Assembly (NCBI GenBank): GCA_964016885.1 | Contig: OZ024752.1 | Coordinates: 43,090,001 to 43,154,000 of the forward strand | Direction of reading: 5' to 3' | Source: Eledone cirrhosa | Lineage: Eukaryota | Length of the DNA stretch: 64,000 nt | Shown: positions 16,416-31,663 of the stretch, in pieces | Position numbering within the stretch: position 1 is the stretch's first letter | How the letters are laid out: every line of letters starts with the position of its first letter | Made by a program: the position numbers and the translations under genes | Notes under the pieces: model-generated | What the model was told of the DNA's origin: nothing | Seen by the model: the letters and a program-made list of their open reading frames with translations, nothing else | Databases searched by the model: none

Positions 16416-16483
16416 ATATATATATATATGTACCATATATATATATATATTTATACATATATATATATATGTGTGTGTGTGTA

Positions 16484-16539
<56 letters not shown>

Positions 16540-16913
16540 ACATAAATGGGAATGTTGGAATTCATTTAAATTATATGGGTCTTTCTTAGTGTAAATGGTG
16601 TGGACCACACACCAAGGCGGCTTACAACGATATGATTAGATTTTGCTCTTTATGTCAACAGATCTTATCAAAATATTTCACACAACTCATTAATGGAGGT
16701 TCTATCCAAGAATACACAGTTCAGTAGGAACGGAATGAGTTTTCAATTGATCGATATTAAAGGTGATGCTATTGATAATATTGGCGTCTGATACGTTGAC
16801 AGTTGGTCGATTGAAATAGAAAAATATTAAAATTAATGCACAGCCTTGGCTTGCATCAATACATATATATTATTATATATACATACGTGAATATATATAT
16901 ATATATATGTATG

Positions 16914-16999
<86 letters not shown>

Positions 17000-17110
17000 T
17001 ATATACAAAACACACATTGAAATAAGGTTTAGAATAGATTATAATACGTTTATAGTATATCACATACAAACACACACACACGCGCACACATGCACACACA
17101 TATATCTATC

Positions 17111-17162
<52 letters not shown>

Positions 17163-17194
17163 CGCGTCTTAGATGCATGGATATATAGATAGAC

Positions 17195-17255
<61 letters not shown>

Positions 17256-17279
17256 TGTTTCTTTATTAGCCACAGGGGC

Positions 17280-17340
<61 letters not shown>

Positions 17341-17341
<1 letters not shown>

Positions 17342-17765
17342 TTCTTTATTAGCCACAGGGGCACAAAAGAAGGGGACAAATACAAAGGGGGAAGTTTACA
17401 TACAATAAAAACGTGTAAAATGTTATCACAGATGGAATTTAAAAGTTAGTCGATTTTCCCCAATAGAGGGAGACAGTTTATATGGGTAACACATACCCCC
17501 GAAAAAAATGTGCAACCCTCATCTCCAGGAGTACGAAGAGCTTGTACTCCTTTCCTCTCCTCCTCCTTTTCCTCAATCTACAGGCTGATATAGAGAGAAG
17601 GCCCATTCACTCGGGCCATTCTCGCCACTTTCACCCACCTTTCATAAAACTTGCTGGGGTACAGCACCTCTCTCTCCATCCTGATTCTTCTTCCAAAGTG
17701 GTATTTGAAAAAAAGAATCAGTTGTTGGCCCGAGAGAAAGGTGTCTGACCTCAGCCCTTTTAACT
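17341..17765 (-). mobile_element. 3' end of a Tx1/L1-like LINE inside a (GATA)n array
   Basis: Minus strand reads ...LILFFKYHFGRRIRMEREVLYPSKFYERWVKVARMARVNGPSLYISL*, then a 3' UTR, AATAAA and (TATC)n; (GATA)n on both sides. Clade call is by resemblance only. Confidence 0.55.
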
Positions 17766-17766
17766 T

Positions 17767-17811
<45 letters not shown>

Positions 17812-17901
17812 ATAGATAGACAGATGTTGTTGTTATCCGAAGATAGATACACAGGTAGGTAGCTATAGATAATTGTGGTTCTATTGTTGCCCATGATGAT
17901 A

Positions 17902-17985
<84 letters not shown>

Positions 17986-18023
17986 GTGATGATGATGTTG
18001 ATATTTCTATATTTCTATTTCAG

Positions 18024-18059
18024 ATGAAGAATTATCAGGATCTGGTTCTGGTTCCGGAG
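18024..18059 (+). CDS. Coding exon 3: (D)EELSGSGSGSG, acidic Ser-Gly repeat (candidate glycosaminoglycan attachment site)
   Basis: atttctatttcag|ATGAAG...CCGGAG|gtgagt; 36 nt, phase 1-1, strong splice sites. Confidence 0.8.
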
Positions 18060-18371
18060 GTGAGTAAAAACAAACCAAAATTTTTTAAAATGTTTCCTTT
18101 TTATTTCCCATCTTACTTTTATATTACAACTTGAAAAGAAGATGACACTTAACTCTTGGTGGAATCGTAGAGACGCCCTCGTCGTGTCTGTACAGTGATA
18201 ATTTCTTGCATGGGAAAGAGAGAATGTGTGTGTAAGAGAGAGAGGAGGGGAGGGATAGAGAGGAGAGAGAGAGGGAGGGAGGAGGGATAGGGAGGAGGGA
18301 TAGGGAGGAGAGAGAAAGTGAGGGGGGAAAGAGGGGGAGGCTGATAAAGAGAGAGAGAAAGAGGCTGATTA

Positions 18372-18402
<31 letters not shown>

Positions 18403-18409
18403 GAGAGAC

Positions 18410-18454
<45 letters not shown>

Positions 18455-18751
18455 TATACAGACAGATATACAGACAGACAGGCAGGCAGGCAGACAGACA
18501 GACAGACAAGCAGGCAGAGAGACAGAGGGAGAACCAAATCCAGTGCTGAACTGGTGCTTTATCCACCTCGGAAGAATAAAAGGCAGAATTGACCTTGATG
18601 GGATTTGAGCTCAGAGAGCAGTGAGCCGGCAAAAAAACTGAGGCCTTTTTAATCCGACCCCTAACTAATCTAATCTGGTAATTCGCTGCCTTGCAGTTTC
18701 ATCATTTTCATCATAGGACCAATCCCACACCCCACACCCCACCAACACACA

Positions 18752-19362
<611 letters not shown>

Positions 19363-19925
19363 AGATGGCGCTAGAGGGTTGGATGAAAAACTAGTGCCTG
19401 TGGCGATTGAAAGAAGAGTAAAACGGAGAGAGGGGGGGATACTGAGTGAAAGCAAGAGAGGGAGAGAGAGAGACAGAATGAGACAGAGAGATAAGGGTGA
19501 CAGAGAGAGAATGAGAGAGAGCAAGAGAGAGAGATAATGAGACAGAGAGAGAATGAGCAAGAGAGAAAAAGAGAAAATGAGACAAAGAGAAAGTGCAAGA
19601 GAGAGAGAGAATGAGACAGAGAGAAAGTGCAAGAGAGAGAGGGGAGAGAGAATAAGAGATAAGATAAACAGTGGTAGAAGGTTGAGGACCTAAGCGCCAC
19701 ACTGTCTACCAGATTTCATTACATATTTAATACGTAACAAAAAATGCCTACAATCATCGCAATTTTATTATTATTTTTATTTTTATATTTTTACTTTATA
19801 AAGAAATCAATTTTTCTGCTGCTATGAATGTTTCCAGTACTTTCCAAAACCACTACAAAGTAGTTTTTTTTGTTTTTTTTAACATATATATTTTTTTTAT
19901 TTCATTTTTTTATATTTTTTATTTA

Positions 19926-19980
<55 letters not shown>

Positions 19981-20147
19981 TTTATTTTTTTTAAACTCGA
20001 ATCAATGTTTGTTCTTTGCATCATATAATATTGACTTGAGTCATAAATAACTTCGGATTGTTTGTTGCTGTTGTTGTTACTATATTTGTTGCTGTTATTG
20101 TTGTCGTTGTTGTTGTTGTTGTTGTTATTGTTGCTGTTGTTGTTGTT

Positions 20148-20183
<36 letters not shown>

Positions 20184-20209
20184 GCTGTTGTTGTTACTAT
20201 ATTTGTTGC

Positions 20210-20240
<31 letters not shown>

Positions 20241-20340
20241 ATTGTTGTAGTTGACAGTATTGTTGTTGCAATTGATGTTATTGTTTTGTTGCTGCTGCTG
20301 CTGTTGCTATTGTTGTTGTTGTTGTTGTTATTGTTGATGC

Positions 20341-20398
<58 letters not shown>

Positions 20399-20574
20399 AA
20401 TGTGGATGTTGTCGTTATTCTCCCATTTTATGGTGGTACAATAGGAAAAATTGCAAGTTGTTTATGAATCAACTTAATTGTTTTGTCCGCCTTGTATAGC
20501 TTCAAATTGTTCTATGACGATATATGGCTGAATACTCCCTACAGGCACACACACACACACGTATTCGCACACAT

Positions 20575-20627
<53 letters not shown>

Positions 20628-20763
20628 CACACACATACATACATACATACATATATAGACACACACATACATGCACACCTTTTTTATTCCCGTTTTTGTA
20701 TATGTGTTAATGTTCTGTTTTAGATATAACCATACCATATGTACCAACACGTAACTTTATATA

Positions 20764-20801
<38 letters not shown>

Positions 20802-21518
20802 TTTAGGTTTGTTGGTTCACCACTGGATAGAACTGGGTCATTCCGTATAGTCAACCTTGGTGTAGTACTAGGGAAAGCACTCGACGTAATGCAACTCACC
20901 CGTCTCACCTTGTCTCTCTGCCTTTTCAGCCCCATGGATTGTGTCAATTATATTCCTTTGTTAAATTTCGAATACCTAATGATGTCACCGGATTCATACT
21001 GAACCCGGTCATTGAAATGTTCATAGTATAATAAACCTTTAAGGAATTACACCAGTCCAGTCTCCTGTTATTTTATAATAAAAAAAAACAAGATGGCGTA
21101 GGACAGAACAAAGGAGAGGCACAAAAAAAACAAAGAAAATAATCCCCAGTCACTGAAGAGGTCACAGAATGTGTGACGAAAGAACTTTGACAATATATAA
21201 ACAACCATCTGGTTGTGGAACCAACCAACCAACCGGAAATTTATAAATTTATTATAATAAATTGAAGTGAAAGCAACTGGTGCGTGTGTTTCTTATTGGC
21301 AACATGACCCTCCCAAAGTATAACAATATCGGTTTCAACACACGTTTTCAGATAAAGGATCTTGCTAAACAAATTCAGAAACGAAATATATTTTATATTT
21401 TATATTTTATATTTTATATTTTATATTTTATATATATATACAAGACTTTTTTTCTTTTTCATATAATTATTTCGTATTGTTTCTATCCACATTTTCCATT
21501 TGTATGTTCTCCTGTTAG

Positions 21519-21761
21519 ATAACCAATGCAACCAATACAATTGTAAATATGGTGGAGTGTGTGACCATGACTCAGATGATGTCCAATGTAACTGTGATTT
21601 CGACTGCAAGAAAGACGACGAAGACCCTTTGTTTCGTATAACACACCATACTGACTTGACAGTCTGTGGATCCGACGGAATTTTACACACAAGCTTCTGT
21701 GTTATGACGAGGACTTCTTGTCTTCAACAGAAACCTATCGAACAAAAACCACGTCATTTCT
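21519..21761 (+). CDS. Coding exon 4: follistatin-N plus Kazal (FS) module
   Basis: cctgttag|AT...TTCT|gtaagt; 243 nt, phase 1-1. DNQCNQYNCKYGGVC...QCNCDFDC...VCGSDGILHTSFCVMTRTSC...HF(C) matches the FS/Kazal cysteine pattern including VCGSDG. Confidence 0.92.
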
Positions 21762-21901
21762 GTAAGTCGCAGTTTCTACTATCTTTTTTTTTTTTTTACC
21801 ACCACCATTACTACTACTACTACTGCTGCTGCTACTGCTGCTCCTGCTGCTGCTGCTGCTACTACTACTACTACTACGATCAGTCACCATATAAGCATAT
21901 G

Positions 21902-21997
<96 letters not shown>

Positions 21998-22448
21998 GAT
22001 ACATATGTATATGTATGCATATATATATGTATATGCGTATACATACATACATACATACATACATACATACATACATACATACATACATACATACATACAT
22101 ACATACATACGTGTGCATAGACTGCGGTGTTTTAAAGTGTAAATGTTTCTATAACAAGCCTATTTAAGCATAATGTCAAAAAACTGATAAAGCTAAGTAG
22201 TGTATGTGTGTATATATATATATATATATGTATTTGTTTGTATGTGTATATCTATGTGTGAGCGTGTGTTGGTTCTAAAGGGAATATATAATTTGCAGCA
22301 AACATTTTTCTCCTGTCAAAATGTTTGGCTGGACGCCATTTTTCCATCTCGTCATTTTCCTTTAAAAGTTCTCACGTTGTGTTGCGGACGCAAAGGGACT
22401 CCGTTAAAATGGTCGGTTAAAGTCCATTAATTTATACAACCAACTGTG

Positions 22449-22625
22449 CAGGCGCATGGCTTAGTGGTTAGGGATGTTCGGCTAATGATCGTGCGGTCGG
22501 AAGTTCGACTCCCGGCGATGCATTGTGTCCTTGAGCAAGGCACTTTATTTCATGTTGCTCCAGTCCACACAGCTGGAAAATAATGTGTTTAACTTGCAAT
22601 TCAAAAGGGCAAACTTGTCACAAAG
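22449..22625 (+). mobile_element. tRNA-derived SINE family 2 (CORE-like), 5' part
   Basis: A box tggcttagtgg, B box gttcgactcc, CORE-like ccttgagcaaggcactt. Other parts of the family occur at 27715-27935 and 44660-45670. Confidence 0.7.
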
Positions 22626-22820
22626 GTACGGAAGTTATCAACATTCGTAAATATATCGGTTTTAATGAAGACTTATTTACAGGCTTGATGGACAGCTGTT
22701 CATTAGCAGCTGTGTATTAACGCAACACGTCTTACATAAAGGATATGTATTACAGTACGAGAGACAATTTCACGTTAAGAATGAATATGTCTCTAATTCT
22801 TAGCATTTTATTGTAGCATC

Positions 22821-22941
<121 letters not shown>

Positions 22942-23193
22942 TAAAAATAATGAATAAAACAAAGAAACAGTTCCTTATATTAAAAAATTCATCATTTTAC
23001 GATCGTTTCTAGGATATATATGTGTGTGTTGGTATGTATATCATATAGATCTATGTAAAATTTTTACAAACTATCAGAGGGAATATACATACCTACACAT
23101 ATATATGCTGTCTTCAGAAATAATGATATTTGTTTATTGAAAAAAAACAACAAAGATTTAATATATTATATATATTCTTTCTGTATATTCCAG

Positions 23194-23241
23194 GTGTAAA
23201 AACGAAGACGGAACCACCCAAAAAGAATTGCAATGTACACG
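23194..23241 (+). CDS. Coding exon 5: linker (C)[15 protein letters not shown]
   Basis: tattccag|GT...CACG|gtacgt; 48 nt, phase 1-1. The first two bases complete the final Kazal cysteine codon (T+GT). Confidence 0.82.
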
Positions 23242-23296
23242 GTACGTGGGAGACCTAATCAGATGAGGGATTTTGTGACTATTACCATAGTTGTAG

Positions 23297-23377
<81 letters not shown>

Positions 23378-23424
23378 CACATATTTATATATATATATAT
23401 ACATGTATATATATATACATATAT

Positions 23425-23519
<95 letters not shown>

Positions 23520-23569
23520 TATAATATATATTATATATGTATATATATATATATAATATATATATAATA

Positions 23570-23653
<84 letters not shown>

Positions 23654-23708
23654 AACGATATTTTGGTCGTCTTATATATTCATTCTTATGTACAGGTATA
23701 TATATATG

Positions 23709-23742
<34 letters not shown>

Positions 23743-23798
23743 ATATATATATGTATATGTGCACATATATATATATGTACATTAATCTATATATACAT

Positions 23799-23832
<34 letters not shown>

Positions 23833-23989
23833 ATGCTTACTATATAATGTTTGTGTGTATTAAGTGCGCATGCGTATACAGAGTCCGTGACACATACATT
23901 CCCTTGACTATGTCGTACACGCATATACATATACACATCCCTCCATACACACACACATATATATGTTTGTATATACACATATATATATA

Positions 23990-24055
<66 letters not shown>

Positions 24056-24276
24056 CACTATATTCATCTAAACATACTATTTAGATTTCTATTACTTCAG
24101 GTTTCCGTTCCAACAAGATGTCAACAGATTTTGTCTCTTCAGAAAAAATATGTTTTGATGAGTTATCTTTCCTTTGTTTTGTGATTTTTATCATTTTCTT
24201 CGTTGTCACATATCTAATGGCAGCTTCTTTCGCGGAGCATAATCTGATGTAATGGAACAGTATTCACATTAAAGAA

Positions 24277-25340
24277 TGTGTATGTATGTATGTATGTATG
24301 TATATATGTATGTATGTACGTACGTACGTATTTATGTACGTATGTATGTATATATGTATGTACGTATGTATGTATGTATGTAGGTACGTACGTATGTATG
24401 TACGTATGTATGTATGTACGTACGTACGTATGTATGTATGTATCTACGTATGTATGTATGTACGTATGTATGTATATATGTATGTACGTATGTATGTATG
24501 TACGTACGTACGTACGTACGTATCTATGTACGTATGTATGTATGTATATATGTATGTACGTATGTATGTATGTATGTAGGTACGTACGTATGTATGTACG
24601 TATGTATGTATGTATGTACGTATGTATGTATGTAACTATGTATGTATGTATCTACGTATGTATGAACGTATGTATGTATATATGTATGTACGTATGTATG
24701 TATGTACGTACGTACGTACGTATGTATGTACATATGTATGTATGTATCTACGTATGTATGTATGTACGTATGTATGTATATATGTATGTACGTATGTATG
24801 TATGTATGTACGTACGTACGTATGTATGTACGTATGTATGTATGTAACTATGTATGTATGTATCTACGTATGTATGAACGTATGTATGTATATATGTATG
24901 TACGTATGTATGTATGTACGTACGTACGTACGTACGTACGTACGTATGTATGTACATATGTATGTATGTATCTACGTATGTATGTATGTACGTATGTATG
25001 TATATATGTATGTACGTATGTATGTATGTATGTACGTACGTACGTATGTATGTACGTATGTATGTATGTATGTATCTACGTATGTATGTATGTATGTATC
25101 TACGTATGTATGTATGTACGTATGTATGTATATATGTATGTACGTATGTATGTATGTATGTATGTATGTACGTACGTACGTATGTATGTATGTACCTATG
25201 TATGTTTTCTCTTTCTCTTAATTTCGAGTCTGTATGTATGTATGTACGTCTGTATGTATGTATGTACGTATGTATGTATGTATGTATGTATATATGTATG
25301 TATGAATGTATGTATGAATGTATGTTTGTATGAGTATGTG
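24277..25340. repeat. (TATG)n/(TACG)n compound microsatellite, about 1 kb, with internal higher-order duplication
   Basis: gtaactatgtatgtatgtatctacgtatgtatgaacg recurs near 24632 and 24844. Confidence 0.9.
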
Positions 25341-25714
25341 TTGTCGTTGCTATTGAAAACGCAATTTTGCTCCAGTTATAACTATTTTTATCAAAATTCT
25401 TAGATTACTCTATGTTTTTGTTTGAAACAAACTTCCGAATTTGGTCTTCCTTTTAAGCTTTTCACTGTCTTATCTTCTGTTAGAAAAAATGTTATTGGCG
25501 GTTGTTTTTTGTTTTTTATCTCGCTTATTGTGTATGGGAACCATTGTGATTCTTTTGTATGTGTTTTTGTCTTCATTTGTTAAGGCCGTTGTCGATATTT
25601 TGTCCGTTGGTGTCACATTTCTATCAGCAATCAAGAAATATTTTATGGTGTCTCCTCTTGTGGTTTTGGCTACGGTGCATAAATGCTCTGTATGTGTGTG
25701 TGAGAGAGAGAGAG

Positions 25715-25757
<43 letters not shown>

Positions 25758-25867
25758 GAGTGGTTTAAAGGTCACGTTATATTTTACTGCAGTTTTGATG
25801 ACTAATACCCGAGATGTGGTTTGTAGGAGTTGAGTCTACTATTTCATATAGTTGTGATCACAGTAAA

Positions 25868-25900
<33 letters not shown>

Positions 25901-26856
25901 GGAGGTGGTGGGAGCGGAGGCTGTATATAGTTTTGTTGTTGTTGAGCTATATAACATGTTACAGTGCCTTATTGTTGTAGATGCATGTTCACTTAACGAG
26001 AAAGCGTGGTAGTCGTACCCCTAATGTAACAGTTCAAGTCATTAAATTTACAGCGTTCATAGTTACACCTATATTGGTAAATCAAATTTAGTCGTCTTGA
26101 AGTTTATCGGGTGGTTTCAGGGATTATCTAATAAATATATATATATATATATATAAGAACGAAAATGTCCGTCTATCTGTCAGTATGCAGACGATGTATT
26201 TCCACAGTTTCCAACCCGATTTTGTTCAAATTTGATACATTGGTTATTTAGCTCCCGGAGAATGTCAATATATAGTTTAAATCTTTCTCTCCTCTAAAAT
26301 AGCAGAGTTCTGGGGCTATTTAATGACAGACATGTTGAGAAGAGAGGAGGTCTTTATTTACTACAATGGCGAAATGTGTGCCCAGCAACGACGGGCTCTT
26401 TTGTTAATAGTTATTGATAAAAAAAGACTTATAATTTGTCTATTGTTTTGTAACATGCTTTTAATATTACGTTATGGTTGGGTTTAATGGCCGTTGTGTT
26501 TTGTTTGATGAATTCTGATACCAAATTCGTCCATTATAATAGCCCGAATGTATTTGGTTCATGTAAATATAATTTGTCTTTCGTGTTTGGTGTATGTGTA
26601 TTAATTGTGTGGAGTTCCTTTATGTGTTGTTTATCAACCTTTCTATTAGATAATTTCAATAACAGTTGATTAATACATAGATATTCAGTGAAGTTTATTT
26701 TGAACTGCTTCTTCTTTTTCTTTTGTATAGGAAGATGTAAAGTCTTCTCTAACTAGGGAGTCAATAAGTGACGTTCGTTTCTCACATACATATGTGTGTG
26801 TATATATATTATGTATATATATATATGTATATATTTATATATGTATATATATTTAT

Positions 26857-26906
<50 letters not shown>

Positions 26907-26923
26907 GTATATATATATGGGTG

Positions 26924-26971
<48 letters not shown>

Positions 26972-28296
26972 CGTGTGTGTGTGTAACATTATTTCCCTAA
27001 ACAAACAAATTTAATAGCCCGATGAACGAAAATTTTTCAAGAATGCTTTTCACGATGTGTTTAGATGCTTAATATATTAATATGTCTGAAATAATTAAAG
27101 ACAGAAGCAATATATAATATGATATATTGTTTGAAAATCTTCATCTTATGTTGTTGTTATTTTAATGTAAAGCTGCCTCAACGCATATGAACTGTAAAAT
27201 AGCCGAACAAGATGTGTAAATTAAAATTACTCATGGAGATAGAAAAAATGGTTAATGACTGTCACAAATGATATTTTTACGGTGTGTGATTTCTGCAGAC
27301 GTTACTCGCCTCCTTTTATCCTTTTCTTCGCCTATTTTACTATATAACTTGTATGAATTATGGCAGCGTTTCATTAAAAACAAAAAAATAACCATCCAGA
27401 TTTTCGAGATTTCAGTTTTACCCTATATCTTCGTAAACGTATCGATATTGTTTATAACTATATTATTATATTTTTACATATCTTTAAATATAAATGAACA
27501 ATTTCTTTTCGAAACAAAAAAATGATTATCTATAATTCTGATAAATTGTTGTTTTTTGTTGTTGTTGTTTTTTCTTATTATATTATGTTTTGTTTTTGTT
27601 TGTTTTTGCTTTATTTGTTTGAGGTTTTTTTTTCTCTTTCAATTATAATTTACCTGTAAATGTGCGAGGCTTAGTAATTAGACATGCTCCATGAACGGGG
27701 CATTATTTCACATTGCTCCACTCCAATCAACTGGCAAAAAAAATGCGTTGCACCTGTAATTCAAAAGGTCTGCTTTGTCATAATTCATGTCACACAAAAC
27801 ATCCCTCTAAGGACTACGTTAAGGGTGCACAACGTGTTTGCGGAACACTCAGCCACTTGCCTATTCATTTCACGGACAGGATATTCCGTTGTTCGAACAA
27901 CTGGAACACTCGTCGTCGGAACCGACGAAGATCCAACAACAGCAACACCCACATTAACGAAACGAAACACGACGATTTTATAAAATTAGTTTTAGAATAA
28001 ATTTATTTTCAATGTTTACCTAATTAGGCTAATTTTAATTATCTAATTAAACTCCTAATTATGATTTCGAAAACAAATCTATTCTAAGAGCTTCGAACAG
28101 ATGAAATTATTTATTTAATTAATTAGTTATTAAATTAAATATTATTAATTGGAATATGCAAATTTATAAAAATGTTGTTTTATTTCAATAATAGGCTAGG
28201 AATGTGATGTTAGTCACTACCTTAAAATTCATAGCGAATGGCCTTCAAAATGTTTTAAAATAAACATACAATATATTATTAAATATACAATACGAG

Positions 28297-28340
<44 letters not shown>

Positions 28341-28505
28341 AGATCAAAAGATGGTTAAATGAGTTCCATGTATTTTATTATGCGCATTTCAAAAACAAAT
28401 ATCATCATGCAATAATATTTGTGTTTTCATCAGATAAAATAGGAGGACATGATATGAAGGTTAAAAACAGTTGTGGATAGTGCAGTTTTAAATCAACATA
28501 TCAAC

Positions 28506-28593
<88 letters not shown>

Positions 28594-28763
28594 GTATGTA
28601 TGTATGTATGTATGTATGTATGTATGTATGTATGTATGTATGTATGGACTTACACTTCTTGTTTTTAAATTACTGCGGAGTAAACAGACCCACCTGCGCA
28701 CTTCGTTGAGTGCTCTACCCTGCATACTGAAGTATCGGCGACTAACCAACACATGCTCAAATA

Positions 28764-28822
<59 letters not shown>

Positions 28823-28825
<3 letters not shown>

Positions 28826-29022
28826 CGAAGGAAATGTGGTAAGGAACCAAGTGGACCATAACGCACCAAAGTACTCAATACTTAGGGTAGTAGAGTGGGT
28901 AATAGGAACGAGTAGGACCCCGACGGCTGAGCTCAAGCCGTTTCGACGGCTAATTCTGGACGCCAGAGTCCAGAATTAGCCGTCGAAACGGCTTGAGCTC
29001 AGCCGTCGGGGTCCTACTCGTT

Positions 29023-29027
<5 letters not shown>
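28823..29027. mobile_element. PLE-like palindromic element (family I) in (TA)n; copies at 6772-7018, 33789-33982, 38662-38720, 58860-59000, 62428-62580
   Basis: Hairpin gagctcaagccgtttcgacggcta...tagccgtcgaaacggcttgagctc. It retains the 3' half of a hammerhead (GAAA CGGCT-tgagctc-AGCCG TC at 28985-29007); the 5' CUGANGA is absent. Confidence 0.7.
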
Positions 29028-29092
<65 letters not shown>

Positions 29093-29093
<1 letters not shown>

Positions 29094-29441
29094 GAAAAAG
29101 AGATGAAATCGAAAATGCAACTGGAGTCTTATTGTTTTTTTTAAATATATATATTTATTTGGTTCCTTTACCGGTTTCGCACTTCTTCTGCTTTTCAAAA
29201 GGTGAGTTGAGATGGAGGGTCTGTGGTTTTTCTCACATGTGAGAAAAACCACAGACCCTCCATCTCAACTCACCTTTTGAAAAGCAGAAGAAGTGCGAAA
29301 CCGGTAAAGGAACCAAATAAATATATATATATTTTTTTTAAATAAGACTCCAGTTGCATTTTCGATTTCATCTCTTTTTCTTTATACTTTCACTCGTGTA
29401 GGACACCTCGGTTATTTTTCATTTTGTAAAAAAAACCTCAC

Positions 29442-29450
<9 letters not shown>
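29093..29450. mobile_element. PLE-like palindromic element (family E); copies at 51112-51448 and 51690-51945
   Basis: ~145-bp arms around the axis tctcacat|gtgaga (~29238), flanked by (TA)n. Confidence 0.72.
29273..29310 (+). ncRNA. Hammerhead ribozyme, family E, with variant core UUGAAAA (U3-A8); related copies near 51282-51320 and 51767-51805
   Basis: cctt TTGAAAA gca-gaagaag-tgc GAAA CCGG TA|aagg. Confidence 0.7.
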
Positions 29451-29507
<57 letters not shown>

Positions 29508-29580
29508 CACATATATATATATATAATACATATATATTATATATATTTATATTATATATTATATATATATTTTATATATT

Positions 29581-30206
<626 letters not shown>

Positions 30207-30893
30207 CTGTGTCTGAGGGTAATTGTGTGTGTGTGTGCCTGTGTCTGAGGGTAATATTTTCTTGCATCATATATATCTGCCATGTATATATATATATCTG
30301 CCCTAAACATGTATATGTATCAGTTATACTAACATATAGTATATAATAATTAAAATATCAATACATTACGACATCATGTAACATAAAGATATAACACCAT
30401 ACTAATTTATTCATTCAGCCAGCAAGCATTAATTATGTTAATTATGTTAACGTATGTATTGTTTGTACTTCATACATTATACTAATATATTCATAGTGTC
30501 GTTTATCTTGTTATGTTAGCTATAACATAGATATGAAAGCGAATGACAATATAGCATGCATTAATTATGCTAATGAGTGTTTTGTAGTCATACATTATAC
30601 TAATATATTCATAGTGTCATGTGTCTTGTTAAGTCAGCTATAATATGTGAAGGAGTATGACAATTTAGCATGCATCCTCAATGGATAGAAATCAGTGGCT
30701 TGTAGAGATATACATATATATATATGTATATATATGTGTGTGTGTGTGTATATATACATTTATATATATGTGTGTGTGTGTGTATACATTTATATATATA
30801 TGTGTGTGTGTGTGTATATATGTATATATATACATTTACATATATATATGTATGTATCTATATAAGTATATATATGTATATATATATACATAC

Positions 30894-30974
<81 letters not shown>

Positions 30975-30975
30975 C

Positions 30976-31024
<49 letters not shown>

Positions 31025-31041
31025 TATATACATATACATAC

Positions 31042-31210
<169 letters not shown>

Positions 31211-31526
31211 CATACATACATATATACATATATACATATATTAAATTCAAATATTAATAAAATAGATGTTCTTGTGATCAATTATATTTTATTATTGTTA
31301 TACATATTTCAGAGGTACTTGAATCAAGTTCAATAGTACGTCCTCATTGATTCAAATACCTCTGAAATATGTATAATAGAATTTAATTGATCACAAAAAT
31401 ATCTATTTTATTAATATTTGAATTTAATATTAATAACTCCGGAAAATATCTTTCTGTAGAGTGCTTCCAATCTACTGTAAATCTCATTCTTTGATGTACT
31501 CATTGAATCTTGTTTAACTCTTTAAA

Positions 31527-31663
<137 letters not shown>

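Noticed and set aside
21519-21761. Assigning the gene as agrin or TMEFF/tomoregulin
   Set aside because: Only one FS module; no EGF-TM, laminin-G or SEA exons were found, and the downstream exons are TSP1 and nuclease. No gene symbol assigned.
22449-22520. tRNA-like A and B boxes
   Set aside because: SINE head; no complete cloverleaf.
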